DNA from: Podarcis muralis
Lineage: Eukaryota
Direction of reading: 5' to 3'
Assembly: GCF_964188315.1 (NCBI RefSeq)
Contig: NC_135667.1
Location: 20,150,001-20,214,000, forward strand
DNA: 64,000 bases
Part shown: in pieces, positions 11,735-25,003 of the stretch
Numbering within the stretch: the first letter of the stretch is position 1
Layout: every line of letters starts with the position of its first letter
The notes under the pieces: model-generated
What the model was told of the DNA's origin: nothing
The model's database searches: none
The model's input: the letters and a program-made list of their open reading frames with translations, nothing else
Made by a program: the position numbers and the translations under genes

Positions 11735-13817
11735 GTGACATATCCCCATCCACCAAGAAATAACAGTTTTTCTCCCTATTGTCCAAAAAGAAAACTGTGC
11801 AGAGGCTTGGCATGCACCTGTCATGTAAGGTATAGCTTGAGCACTCGTTTATCCCAAAAGAAACTCAAAACAAGATAGCTTACACATGGTGGGAGACCAG
11901 CAGGCGGTGAGACTGAAAGTTGTAGGTGCAACAGAAGAGGCACATGAAGCTATGCAGAGCACCAAGCCCCGCACTACTTGTGCTAGGAAGCCTGATCATT
12001 GAGGCCCTAGCAAATGCAACCTACACAGGTACAAAACCTCTTCTCGGTTTCATGAGGACTAGAAGCTTGAGCATCTTAGCAAGTCATCTTAGCAAGGATA
12101 AGTATGTTGCCACCAATGTCACACATATGCAAAATGTGTCTGACGTTTATCTGAAGCAATGGCAGGGGCGGACCTTCGTAATGTGACGTTCTGTGGGAGG
12201 CCAAAATTTGACACCCCCCTCCCAGCCCTCATGGTGCCTTCCCAAAGCTGGGTAAGGGAGGTGCCAGGCTTTGGGAAGGAGGTGCCAGGCTCTGGCAGGG
12301 TCCTAGAGCCCTTCCAGCTTCTTCACAAAACTGGGCAAGCATTTCTAGGCTTTAGGAACGAGGCATGAAGGTGCTCCCTTGGCGCTGGGGAACCGGTCAT
12401 GTTGCCCTAAATCCACTTCTGGTAAGCAGGGAACTGAGGCCCCCAGTCCTGCCAGACGTTCAGCAATCTCACAAACAGCATGGTATTTTAAAAACAGGAG
12501 CTGGGGATTCAGGCCACCTAGATAACCCTGCACTCTAGCAGCAGACCTGCAAGGCCCTGCAAAGTTCCTTGGGGCTTAAGGAAATGCACTCTGCTCATTC
12601 TCACTGACATGTTTGCTGGACAAGCATTTACCATCAAAACAGCTTCCAAAGTCCAAGTGCAGGATCAAATTGAGCCCGGCTGCCCACAAGCCCTCAAGGA
12701 TAAGCCTGAGCAACAAATCTTTCCTTTCACAGCCGCCTCTGACAAAGCTGTGGCCCAACCCTAGATACGCAACAGCAGATCAAACTCCCTTGTGTGTCAA
12801 CGTGGTCCACAGGGAAGCCCTTGTTTACAGCTCTCTTGACTACTGATCATTCCCCCATCATCATCAAGCAAACACAATTTTACTTGTAAGAGCCAATTGA
12901 CAGAGCAGAGCGACTTCGGAGACCTTGTTGCAAGGCGGATGCTATTCTGACGGGAGCAAAGAGATATCGCATAAAGAAGATGGAAGGCACGGCCACCCAC
13001 CCTCGAATGCTCCTTGGCCATTCCTTCAGTCGAAAAGAATTGCAGGATTGTAGCTCACACCTGCACCATACATTTAAAGCACCTTTATGCCACTTTCACA
13101 GTCATGACTTCCTTCAAAGTTTATCCTGGAAAGTGTAGTTTGTTAAGAGTGCTGATAGTGGTTAAGAGACCCCTCACAGAGCGACAACACCCAGCTCCCT
13201 TAACAAACTACAGTTCCCAGAATTCTTTGGGGGAAAGCGCTGTTAAGTATATGCTGTGGACGTTCTCAGGGAGCCTGCCACTGACTGCAAACTACGCAAC
13301 GGGGCAAACAGCAAGACCTCTTTATTCTGCCAAGCTTTCAATGCAGATTAAACCATTGGCCCAGGGTTTCCAGCTGATTGATTTACCCTGCTCTTGACAA
13401 ATATAATTTGAAATTTGGACTGTTTTCGGGTTGTTGTTGTTGTTGTTTGCAAGCTGGCTTGAGTTTGCTTTACCAAAAGAAAAAGCACAATGTGGATTTC
13501 TAAACACATACAGACACATAACCTAAATGCAGATTTTGCATTTAAAACTGGAACGTTACTGTGCGATACAGAAAGCATGAGAAAAGGACCCCATTATAAA
13601 GCTGTACAGTGTGTATGTTATCTATCCATGTAGGTTTATTCCATGCTTTACAGCAGAGGTGGCAAACCTGTGGACCTGCTAGAAGCTGCCGGGACTACAA
13701 CTCCCATTGTCCCTGACTGTTGGCATTGCTGGCTATGGCTGGTAGGAGTTGCAATTCCACCACTTCTGAAGAGTTTAACAAGGATGCATTGGGAGATATT
13801 TAATCAAAAAGTTGGCA

Positions 13818-14140
13818 TAGCATAAGGAAAGGCTGCTGGGTCAGGCCAATGGCTTGTCTAGTCCAGCATCCTGTTCTCAGCAGCCAAGCAGAAGCCTGTG
13901 GGAAACCAGCAAGACCTAAACACAAGAGACCTTCCCCCTCCTGCCGTTTCCAGCAAGTGATATTCAGAATAATGACTAGTAGCCTTCTCCTCCACAAAGC
14001 TGCCTAATCCTCTTTTAAAGCCATTGCTGTCCTGCGAGGGTGAGTTCCACAGTTTCACTCTTTGCTGTGTTTTACAAACTTCTATCATGTCACCTAATTT
14101 CGCCTTTTCTCTAAACTAAAAAAATCCCTGAAGCTACAAC
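13818..14140 (-). mobile_element. CR1 LINE 3' fragment
   Basis: gctgctgggtcaggccaatggc..tctagtccagcatcctgttctc, the reverse of a CR1 3' end; related copies near 22066-22290, 45610-45720, 46900-47070 and 61040-61150. Confidence 0.6.
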
Positions 14141-15430
14141 CTTTCTGCATAAAGGAGTTCCGCCCTTCCCTTCATCATCTTGGTTGCCCTTTTCTGAATC
14201 TCAGAATGAATAAATGAATTTCCTAAAAAGCAGGAGGCTAACAAATAACTTTCAAGAGGTACCGTATTTTTAAAAAATGAAAAATGAAACCAGCTGAAAA
14301 TTACTGAGCTCCTCCTGGTAGAGGATTTGTAGATACCTGAATTCTTTCTGCTAGGTTTGCTTTTCGAAAGGCGTAACAAACAAGAAGGAAAGTCTTTAAG
14401 GTCTACCTACCATCCAGTGTAGGTTAAGGAGGGGGTCTCCTGTTTGGACACTCGGCCAAGGAAGGGGACTAGAGCGTGGTGATGCTCAAAGGAACCGCTT
14501 GCCACTAAATGCAACAACATCGGAGCAGAATGAGAGGCCCCACCTGAAACATCTTAACTCCCCACAAGGGATAGAAACAGCTAACAAAACACAAGCCCCA
14601 GGAGAGGCCGACTTAGCAACATGGTTGTAGCTAACACTGCATCCCTTTTATGAACGGCTGGAAGTAGCAGCTGTCAGAGTTCAGTCTGGAGGGTCAAATG
14701 TTAGCTCTAATGTTGTGCCTCCCTTATTCGGAAATGAAGATTTAGAAACACACACCCACGTTTTGAAATCAAGGGGAAATTGATTCCTTTTTAAAGGGGG
14801 GGGGGGGAGAAGTCAAAATTTTGTAATAAGTTTTTATTGGTTTTACAATTTAATTTTACATTCACACATAAAATAGAATCAAAAAGTGTAGAATTCTCGG
14901 ACTTCCTTCCCTCCCCCCCCGTGGAGTCCGCTAATAACCATTTTCCACTGCATAGCATATCGTCCTCTATCCTTAAAACTCTGTTTAGAAGAAGTCTTTC
15001 AGGCAAATTGAGAATTGTCTGCAATATACCACATTGGCATATATGCACGTATATAATACATAATCATATGATGTGCTACATATAGCACGCATCAAATCAA
15101 AAGGCTTTTTTATTTTTATTTTAAAAAGGACTGTGCTTATAATTTATTATTTACAGCCTTATGCTAGCACTGACTTATCTCTATAAAGTTAGTAACAAAA
15201 TATATAGGTCAATGTTATCTTGAACTTTTTTGCACCAGGCTCCCCCCCCCCCCAAAAAAAAAATAATTGTGTTGTCTTCTTTCTTTCTTTTAATGATTTG
15301 TTTTGGGGGCCAGAGCACTTTTAATACATTTTAATTGTGCAAACCTAAATTTCATGGCATGTACTTCAATCCCTTCCACAAACTAGTGACCAGTGGGAGG
15401 GAACCCGTGTATCTATGAAAATAAACAACT

Positions 15431-15677
15431 TGTTATGTACTGAAGTTCTCACCCTGGGCCAGCAGGGGGATACTGTAGATAGTTTTCACTCAGGTCCACG
15501 TCAGTTATTTTAGGCTGGAAACCCTGGGTTGTTGTTGCTACAATGTTGACAGCTGGCTGCCTATAAAAGCAGGCCGGCTGAGCTGTTTGCTGTTCAGTTT
15601 CTGTTCCAGCTTACAAAATAAAGAGCTGTTTTGGAGAAATCGCTGTGTCGTCTGCCATGTCTACCCACTATTCAACA
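15431..15677 (+). mobile_element. Solo LTR (247 bp)
   Basis: TGTT...AACA termini, TATAAAA at 15562, AATAAA at about 15616, 5-bp TSD CAACT at 15426-15430 and 15678-15682. Confidence 0.8.
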
Positions 15678-16198
15678 CAACTAGTAGTGTTTTGTTGTTG
15701 TTTTTCAGAAAGGCACAGGTTGTGTTCCCACTCCCATTTCCTGTACCCTCACTCCATTTACAGTGCTGGGTTTCTAACCCGTGTTCACACAGTGTTATCC
15801 AAAACGCATATGTATCCTGTACTTTGTTATAATATAGTATTGTCTGAGGTGTTGTTTCACATCCATGGGAGTCCTTGAGCTGTTTTCAATTCCTCTCCAG
15901 CCAAGGTGTGAAAACACACCTGCATAAGAACACCCCAGCCTTGCCAATGCCAAATTGACAGCGCTGATATGAACAGCTGGTGGGAAGTCGCAGGAGGAAG
16001 AGCTGTGAGATGGACCACAACTTCACTGTGCTCTAGGGTGGTAATGTGAACACACCCATAAAAATCAGTACTGGTTTCGGGTGGTTCTGCAAGTAGCAGC
16101 ATCAGGGAACACTGAGCTACTTCACTCTGGAGATTTGATGTGGGATGGTGGATACGGTTGTCTGCTGGGAGTTGTTAAAATGGTACTTCCACCACCTA

Positions 16199-16580
16199 GG
16201 GACACAGGTGGCACTGTGGTCTAAAACACTGAGCCTCTTGGGCTTGCCGATCAGAAGGTCGGCAGTTCGAATCTGAGTGGTGGTGGTGGTGAGCTCCTGT
16301 TGCTCTGCCCCAAGTTCTGCCAACCTAGCGGTTCAAATGCACACCAGTGCAAGTAGATATCGCTGCAGCGAGAAGGTAAACAGCATTTTCGTGCGCTCTG
16401 GCTTCCATCACGGTGTTCCGTTGTGCCAGAAGCAGTTTAGTCATGGTGGCCACAGGACCCGGAAAAGCTGTCTGTGGACAAATGCCGGCTCCCTCGGCCT
16501 GAAGCGAGATGAGCACCACAACCCCAGTGTCACCTTTGACTGGAGTTAACCGTCTAGGGGTCCTTTACCTTTTTACCTTT
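16199..16580 (+). mobile_element. Sauria SINE
   Basis: Same family as 10002-10347; 15-bp TSD TACTTCCACCACCTA at 16184-16198 and 16581-16595. Confidence 0.9.
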
Positions 16581-18029
16581 TACTTCCACCACCTACGTTC
16601 AACCTGTATATTTGTAAATATTACAAAACTCCACAAGCTCCCAGTGACCCCCTGCCAAAGGAAATGTAACTTCACAGTGCTGGGAGAGGTGGGGTAAGTT
16701 TAACAATGTGAAGCTGTTGAATCCTGAGACTGGCCTACTCTAGACTTCAAGAGTTGGGGGTCTCGAGATGATGTTCGTCTCCATCAGCCTCACCCAGCAC
16801 AGTTGTGAGTTGCCACCCCCAGCAAAAACACTCAATCCAGAGAACAGCTGGAAGATCAAAAAGTAAGGCACATTTATTAGGCTGCAATAAGAACACTGAT
16901 GACACTGGAATGTGGGCAGGTCTTGGAATCCTACACTGGGCCAGGATTCCGTCATTAAGTGCTTCCGGTTCACAAAGTTGGGGAAGATCACTGCTGCCAG
17001 CCAGCCACAATTAACCAAGCAGCCCCCAAAAGTAGGAACACAGTGATGCTTAGCAGGACTATGACAGCCACCAGCCCTCCTGAGAGGCCTCCGAATGCAA
17101 CATCCATGGAACGGAAACTGATAGGTAGACCTACCATGGGAGGAAAGGGAAAAGAGACGAGACACATTTAGTATATGTAGTTAGCCCATAATACGCACAG
17201 GGGTCATGTTCTGGGGATTGCACCTAAAGCCAAAACCATGTGCTTTGACTATATTTTGGAAACAAGGCGTTGCTCAACAGGCACCCAGAGAGAAGAGCTT
17301 CCTTAAATTGCTTCACACGTTCTCTTCCCCCAAAGAACTCTGGGTTCCCCTTTCCCTGCATTTTATCCTAACAACAAGCTGGCAGCCAAGAGTAGCTAGT
17401 CCAAGCAGGTCATGCAGTAACCTCTATGGCTAACTGGGATTTGAACCCAGGACTCTGAAGTCCAGCCTTCTAACCGTTACAGCACACCGTTTCTCAAACG
17501 CCTGTTGGAGGACAAATGTAGGAAGTTGGTCTCACTCTAAAGAAGGGGTGGGGGACCTGTGGACCTCCAGACGATGCAGGACTCCAACTCCTGCATCCCC
17601 AGCTAACACGGCCAATGGTCAGGGATGATGGGAAATGTAGTGCAGCAGTATCTCTGGAGGATCACAGGTTTCCCCACCGTTCTTCTAAGAAGGAAGCCTC
17701 TCTCCAGTCCTCTATCCCACTCCCACTCCCCCCCCCAAAAAAAACCCTCTATAAATCTTGGACCTGGACTACCAAGATGCCTGAAAGCTGTAGTTCCCCT
17801 TGTACCACCACCACCACCCCTCTGCCCCGCATGTCACCTCGTGTGTGGAAAGGCTGGGACCAGTTGGTTGCAGCAAGGAGGGTCTGGACTTGATTGTAGA
17901 GAAGGTACCGGGCACTGTCCAAAGTGGGAAGGGCAAGAAAAACAGATTTGGGCATGACGTGGTTAATGCTTTATGGGACACACACATAAAGCCCACTTTC
18001 CCCCCAGAGGTTTTTCAGATTATTATCCT

Positions 18030-18409
18030 TCTCTTGGTGTTGGTGCTGACCTTTAAAGCCCTAAGTGGCCTCGGTCCTGTATACCTGAAGGAGCGTCTCC
18101 ACCCTCATCGTTCAGCCCAGACACTGAGGTCCAGTGCCGAGGGCCTTCTAGTAGTTCCCTCCCTGCAAGAAGCCAAGTTACAGGGAACCCGGCAGAGGGC
18201 CTTCTCGGTAGTGGCACCCACCCTGTGAAACACCCTCCCACCAGATGTCAAAGAGAAAAACAACTACCAGTCATTTAGAAGACATCTGAAGGCAGCCCTG
18301 TTTAGGGAAGCTCTTAATGTTTAATAGACTATTGTATTTTAATATTGTGTTGGAAGCCGCCCAGAGTCGCTGGGGAAACCCAGCCAGATGGGCGGGGTAT
18401 AAATAATAA

Positions 18410-18463
<54 letters not shown>
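18030..18463 (+). mobile_element. L2 LINE 3' fragment with (TTA)n tail
   Basis: Encodes LTFKALSGLGPVYLKERLHPHRSAQTLRSSAEGLLVVP...RAFSVVAPTL, a typical L2 ORF2 C-terminus; (TTA)n at 18411-18463. Confidence 0.8.
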
Positions 18464-18464
<1 letters not shown>

Positions 18465-19914
18465 TCCTGAGGAACTATGAGAAAGATATTGGTTGCTTCC
18501 AGATGACCTGTTTATTAGGCATTCGTCCTGATTCGTTTGCACAAAGTTTGTAGGGAGGTTATACAACAGGCATTGTTTATTGCGCATTCTTTCCCTCGCT
18601 CCCTCAGGAGGTAGTGATGGCTACCAGCTAGGATTAGACAAATTCATGGAGGGCAAGGCATGCAACCGAGACCCAGATGACACCATTCCTCTGTAAATAA
18701 GATATTTACCCAATGAGACCAAATAAACTTCTCACCTGTACCCTCGCCCAGGAAGGACCGCTTTTGTGCAGTTTTCCTGGAGGCAAACTAAGGTGGGCCC
18801 CACCTCATAAGCGAGGTCTTTTGTGATCAAAGGCTCCTCTGTCACTGGGCCACAATAGGGTATAGGGAACTTCCTACCAATCTTATAAGTGTGGTTGTGT
18901 CCTGGAAGGAAAAAGAAGAATCTGATCTATTCTCTCTTAAGAACCCAGGAGAGGCGGGAGATTCAAATTACTTGGTGATAGATGTTGATATACAGTGTAG
19001 CATCTGCCAACTGCCCAACAGTAGGGCCAGACCCAGCAGCAATATGGCAAGCCTCTCCAAACAGGTGGTTTTATTAGGTACATTTGGAAAGAGATAATAA
19101 TAATACATCCATTTCCCTCCCCCCTTACAATAACCCAACCCTATAAGGTAGATCAGGCTGAGCCGGTGAGCTTCATGGAGCGGAGATCTTAACCCACATC
19201 TCCCCAAGTATTAGTCCATGTTCTCAACGTTTACTGACCCAACCTTCCCTCCAGCTTCTTCCTAGAGAAGGTGGAAATGATAGAGAGAGACAAACAAAGG
19301 ACTAATTACTTTCAGGATTATACGGAATGGAGCACCACAGTTTCTGTACAAGTCAGGGATCTTGCGCTTTCCAAAACAGCACTGGAAGGAGAATTTTTTT
19401 GAAGTGCCAACTTAATCAACAAAACTCTTGAGCAACTTTTTGCTTTATTCTACCTGTTCACCACTTCCATTACCTTCTGGTTTCACTTCCACCTCTATGG
19501 TAGCTGTCTTCCGGGAGGCCTGGCTAGGATCCAAGTCCTCTCTGGTCCACTGTTCATACAGGCAGTAGGCAGGTCGGAGCCAAAGAACAGTTGAGAGGCG
19601 GGAGTCCGGGTAGTATAAGGAAACAGGGTAATCTAATGAGTAAAGAAGGAAGGAGGGAAAGGGATCAAATACAGGCAGATGGGAAAGCAATTGAGGAAAA
19701 GAAGGACACAGTGCTTGGAAGTTATAGCTTCTATATTACACTTCTCTCAGCTAACTGTATTGCCTCCTTATGCCCCCCACCCCAAATTCCCAGAGGGATA
19801 GAATCCCAGCATCCTTCGTCCAATAAGCATAAGCTCCTTCCCCTTTCCAGAATTCAGCAATCTCCCATGGTTTCATTTCAAGGTTAAAGCCCTAAACGGC
19901 CCAGTATACCTGAA

Positions 19915-20172
19915 GGTTGCTCCTGCCAACCTAGCAGTTCGAAAGCACGTCAAAGTACAAGTAGATAAATAGGTACCGCTCCGGCGGGAAGGTAAACGGC
20001 GTTTCCATGCGCTGTTCTGGTTCACCAGAAGCGGCTTAGTCATGCTGGCCACATGACCCAGAAAGCTGTCTGTGGACAAACGCTGGCTCCCTCGGCCAGT
20101 AAAGCGAGATGAGCACCACAACCCCAGAGTCGTCTGTGACTGGACTTAACAGTTGGGGTCCTTTTACCTTTA
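19915..20172 (+). mobile_element. 5'-truncated Sauria SINE
   Basis: ctcctgccaacctagcagttcgaaagcacgtcaaag core through to the acctt tail. Confidence 0.85.
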
Positions 20173-20528
20173 AGTATGGTTGCAGCCTGAGTCACTCACC
20201 TAGTACCAGCAGAGAAGCAGATCCGCCATATAGCAGAAGGTTTATGCCAAACAGTAACATTGCCCCCTTCATCTTTGAAATAGGATAAGCAAACCCTCCA
20301 CAAAGGCTATAAAGATTGCTTTCCCCAAAGCTACAACTGATCTGAGCTAGAGGGGAAGGAGCAGACAGGGATATTTAAAGGGGAAAAGACTCAGGTCACA
20401 TGAGCTCCTAAAGAACTTTAAATTTAAAGAACTATGATAGCACTTTAAACAGTCACGGCTTCTTCCACAAAGAATTCTGGGAGCAGGAGTTTGTGAAGGG
20501 TGCTGAGGGTTGTCAGGAGTCACCCCGC

Positions 20529-20573
<45 letters not shown>

Positions 20574-22506
20574 AGCTACAGTTCACAGAGTTCACAGGGG
20601 TTCACTGTGAGCCACTTCATGAAAAGTAGCTCTGTGAGGAAAATAGGCGTCTCCTAACTTCTCTCAGCACCCTTAACTCAATGCAGTTTCGGGGGGGTTT
20701 GCTGCCAAAGAGTGCCAAATCAGCTTTCATTGTGCAACCTGAATCAGCTGTGTGTGTAAATGCATCTCGCCTAAAAATATTTCTAGGACAATCCTAGACC
20801 TCTCTACTCAGAAGTAAGTCCTGTTAAACTCAAGAAGACTTACTCTCTGGTAATGGAGCACAAGATTTCAGTCTGTTCTGTTCTTTTCTTTCTTTTTTGG
20901 TTGATAAATGAATACCCTGTGTCCTTCGAGCATATTCCACGTGGCTTATGGGGAGGGGGGTGGAATTATAAATGCCACAAAATCAAATCACATGCACTTA
21001 AAAAAAACAAAAAACAACCTGCCAAATCTATAAACAGCAGAGCAGGAAATAAAAACTGCCTGGATGAAAATCAATGTTAGGTTAACAAAAAGTAAGTTCA
21101 AACAAATGTGCAAAACAGCAGCAATAAAACATACACATACGCTGAATTAAAATGCCTTGATGAATAAAAATGTTTTTATCTTGCCCTGGAAAGTGGCAAC
21201 AAATTTAGATGCCAGCCAGGTAAGGCCTGTTGCGTCTCCCCAACAGAGCTTGCAGAAAATCCCAACCCTAAAGTTGTTCGTGCAGAAGTTTCACTGAATT
21301 CAACAGCATTTCCTCCAACCCCAATAAATATGGTCTTAGTCTTGCTCTCTGTGTTCTGTCCACCTCCTACCCTTATGTAACTTGTGTAAAAACAGTGCAG
21401 ATAGTCCTCCAGATGAATTACAGGGGTGGCCAGCCCAACCATTGGACAGAGTGAGGCGGCTGATTCTTTGGTGTTATGAAAGGGTGGCAAATTGTTACTT
21501 ATTTAATTCATTCTTACTGGATTGTATCCAGCTAAATTCTAGATGTGTTGAAATGATTGGGCCTAAATTAGCTGTGGCCATTAATTTCAATGGGCCTATG
21601 CGATGACTGATGTTGAATACAATCCACTGGATTTTTGCTGCCAAGCAAGGATGGGTAAATCTGTCCATTTCTGTTTCCTCACTTTCCCTGTCTTAAATTC
21701 AGTTCTGCACATCAAGTTCACATTTCATTTAAGTTCTCTTTAAAACTTATCAGCATTTTAGTGTGAATTTCTCCTAATATAAATCTGTTTGTGTGAAATT
21801 TTGCCTAATATATTGATTTCTAGGCACATCTTACCCTCTCTCTCTTTTTGTACATATTACTTGGTTGGAGAACTGAGTTACAAGCACAGTTTTCAAAGCA
21901 TTTTGAATCCCGTATCATTTCAGAAAGAGCAGGTTACGTAGGTTCCCCTTCAAATGCTAACCGAATCCAATTTCTCCCCCATCCCTGCTGCCAAGGAAAT
22001 ACAGTACATTTGCAGGGTTGTCTGCCTCGGGCATCGAAAACAACTTAGCCAACCTTAGGTGCTATACATCATGAGAACAAAGGAAGAGGCTGCTGGATCA
22101 GGCCAATGGCCGATCTAGTCCAGCACCCTGTTCTCACAGAGGCCAAACAGATCTTGGGGGGGGGGGCTCTCAGAAAGGACCACAAGAGCCCTCTCACCTC
22201 CCCCTGTGGTTTCCAGCAACAGGGATTCAGAAACATCACTGCCTCCAGCAGGGCAGGCAGGACATAACCACCAAAGCCTGACTTGTGGGGTGGGCATTGG
22301 CTCTTTTTCCTCAGTCAGGCAGCAAAATAAAAAGCCCACCCCACTCCCACCTCAGGGCATTGCATGGACCATCTCCCTGCCCATGACTGAACCCTTCTCA
22401 AGTTCAGGTGAACATCTCTGGGGCAAAACACACACCAATCTAGTTGTCAGCATCTGCTTCACATCTGCGAAAGCCCTGTGTTGCTTTTATATTGGAATGT
22501 TTACAC

Positions 22507-22770
22507 CATGGGTAGGCAAACTAAGGCTCCGGGGGCCGGATACAGCCCAATCGCCTTCTAAATCCGGCCCGCGGATGGTCTGGGAATCAGCGTGTTTTTA
22601 CATGAGTAGAATGTGTGCTTTTATTTAAAATGCATCTCTGGGTTATTTGTGGGGCATAGTAATTCGTTCGTTTTTTTTTCTCTTCACAATATAGTCTGCC
22701 GCCCCCCCCCCCCCACAATGTCTGAGGGACAGTGGACCGGCCCCCTGCTGAAAAAGTTTGCTGACCCCTG
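22507..22770. mobile_element. hAT MITE
   Basis: Imperfect TIRs catgggtaggcaaact / agtttgctgacccctg; TSD GTTTACAC / GTTTAGAC (one mismatch). Confidence 0.75.
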
Positions 22771-23121
22771 GTTTAGACCCCCTTATATCTACAGGCTGAG
22801 ACTTCCATGTCTTTCTGTTTGTTTGTGTGTGTTGGGATAAAAGTCAAGTGCCGCCTCTGAGAGCGCTGGCTACGTCTGAGAAGCCCGCACATCCTGAGAG
22901 GCCTGTGCACCCGGGGGTGGGGGTGGGTGCCTGGCTCCGTTAATTTACGAAAGCAATTGAGCATCTGGCTCTGCGTGTCTGATCCTGACGCCCAATTAGC
23001 CGCATTGGGGTCAGTGCTGGCAGCTGAGGCGCTATTGATAACTTCAGCGACGACAACGCCTCGCTGTGTTCCCTTCAGAAAAGTCGGCATCTGAATGTCT
23101 GATTGAGATATTCCCTGACAA

Positions 23122-23291
23122 TGTGTTTTTAAATGTTTTTGTTCTTAAATGTTTTTGTTTTTTCTTTTTATTGTTGTGTTGTATTGTTTTTATTTTGCTT
23201 TTTATTATTTGATGTATTGTAACTTCTTATTGTTTTTCTTTTTTTGGTAATTGTTAAACTTTTAATAAATATCTTATAATTTAAAAAAAAA
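23122..23291 (+). mobile_element. Short poly(A)-tailed retroposed insertion (L1-like 3' UTR)
   Basis: T-rich body, AATAAA, poly(A); 16-bp TSD AGATATTCCCTGACAA at 23106-23121 and 23292-23307. Confidence 0.8.
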
Positions 23292-25003
23292 AGATATTCC
23301 CTGACAAAACCCAGAGTCTGCTCTTCCCCACACCTTCTCCTCTCTTAATCCACCAGGTCCTTTTAAATGTATGGTCCTATGCTCTCAGCAGCCTGTTCCA
23401 GATATACCTCATATCGAGATATTGAGATATCTGTAGATAGGAAGCAGCCGTGAATTAAGCTGCTGTTATTAGACCCTGTATTCCCCCAGAAACAGAAGGT
23501 CCTGCCTCTTTCCACAGCAAATGCAAAGGATTGAAATATGGGTTCTGCTTGTGGGCCCATGGCATAAATTGAGGAGCATGGCTGGATCTCTTCAGTTTTG
23601 GGAATATAGAACTGCTGCTTCCATTCTGGCAGTTCAGCAGGCCTGCTAAAATCGAAGTTCTTCTTGGTGGGAAGAAGTTTGCCGTTTTAGGCCTTGCTCT
23701 TTTACTATACAAAGAATCCCGGGAACTGCGGTTTGTTAAGGGTTCTGGGAACTGCAGCTTTGTGAAGGGTAAACTGAGGTACCTAGGATTATTTGGGGGA
23801 AGTCAGGTGCTTTAGAAGCATGGTGCGTCCATCTTCCTTCTCCTTTTCTTCTGGTAGCCTGTTATTAAACAATCCTGGTTAGATGGCTGCTGATGGAAGC
23901 TATTTTGGGAGAGGAGAAGCCAAATGGCAGTTGGTTTCAGCTAGGCCCATATGGGGAAGCCTGAGAGGACACTTCTGGAGAAGGTTTCATCTAGCCTGAC
24001 TGATGAAGTAGGTCTTTCCTCTCCCTCAGACACAGCCAAGTAGAATTGCGGGTGATGGAGACAGTCCTGGAAGAGGAACCCCAAACAACAATCGCTTTCA
24101 ACCAGGCTGGTGGAGCAGACCTCAATGAATATGTACATACCTTCCAACATCCGAACAGCAAAAACTGGGACGCCATCTTCCCATTTTTTGTCACAAGTGG
24201 ACAGTGACCATGTGATCACTGCGCGATTTCACACTGCAAACCCCACCCCCAATGCTTTTTTCAGACCAAAAGCGTGTGTTTTGTGGTGCCACGCAAGATC
24301 GCGACCCTGAAAAAAGCATTCTTTTTCCAGGGGAAATTACAGCACGAAATCATGCAAGATCATGGCACCCAAAATGGCTGCCATTCTCTCGCAAGAAAAA
24401 ATGGGATGTCCCAGTTTTTCCGGGACACTTGTGAGGTATGTGTGCATCTCAGCAGCACTATTGCCTCTTGCCAACACCATGGAAATGGTGGATCTAATGA
24501 CGAATACCAAAGGCCATGTTTGGCTCATGCCTGCACTCCAACTTGAGTTTGATGCACAGTCCCTTCTCAAGAGTTGCTGTGGCCCAGGATGCACTTCTTC
24601 CACCGCCCAACGGAGTGGCCCGTCTCCTTGCCCTACCCTCAGTCACATCAACTGCAACTTGTTTGTGTGCCTATTAGCGAGCCTTGTGTTAATGAGGCCC
24701 GGAGGGAAGTGAGACCACCCAGCCGCCCACCCTCCATCGACAACCAAGCGGTGAGTCACGCCATAGTGTGGGAGCAGGTTTCATTAGCGGTGGTTCTGAA
24801 TGAGACCTTCCAAGTGGGGTCAAGGGGATCCGATAGTGTTTGCTCTGATAATGAGAAGAACACAAGCTGCCTAATTTCCCTGTCTTGTTAACATTCACAT
24901 CATCTCCATAGACACACACTTCCGTTTGCTCCTTGACTTCTAGGCACAAGTTCAAAAGGTTTTCAGCGGGACAAAAGAAAACCTCTTGAACCTGTGCATA
25001 GAA

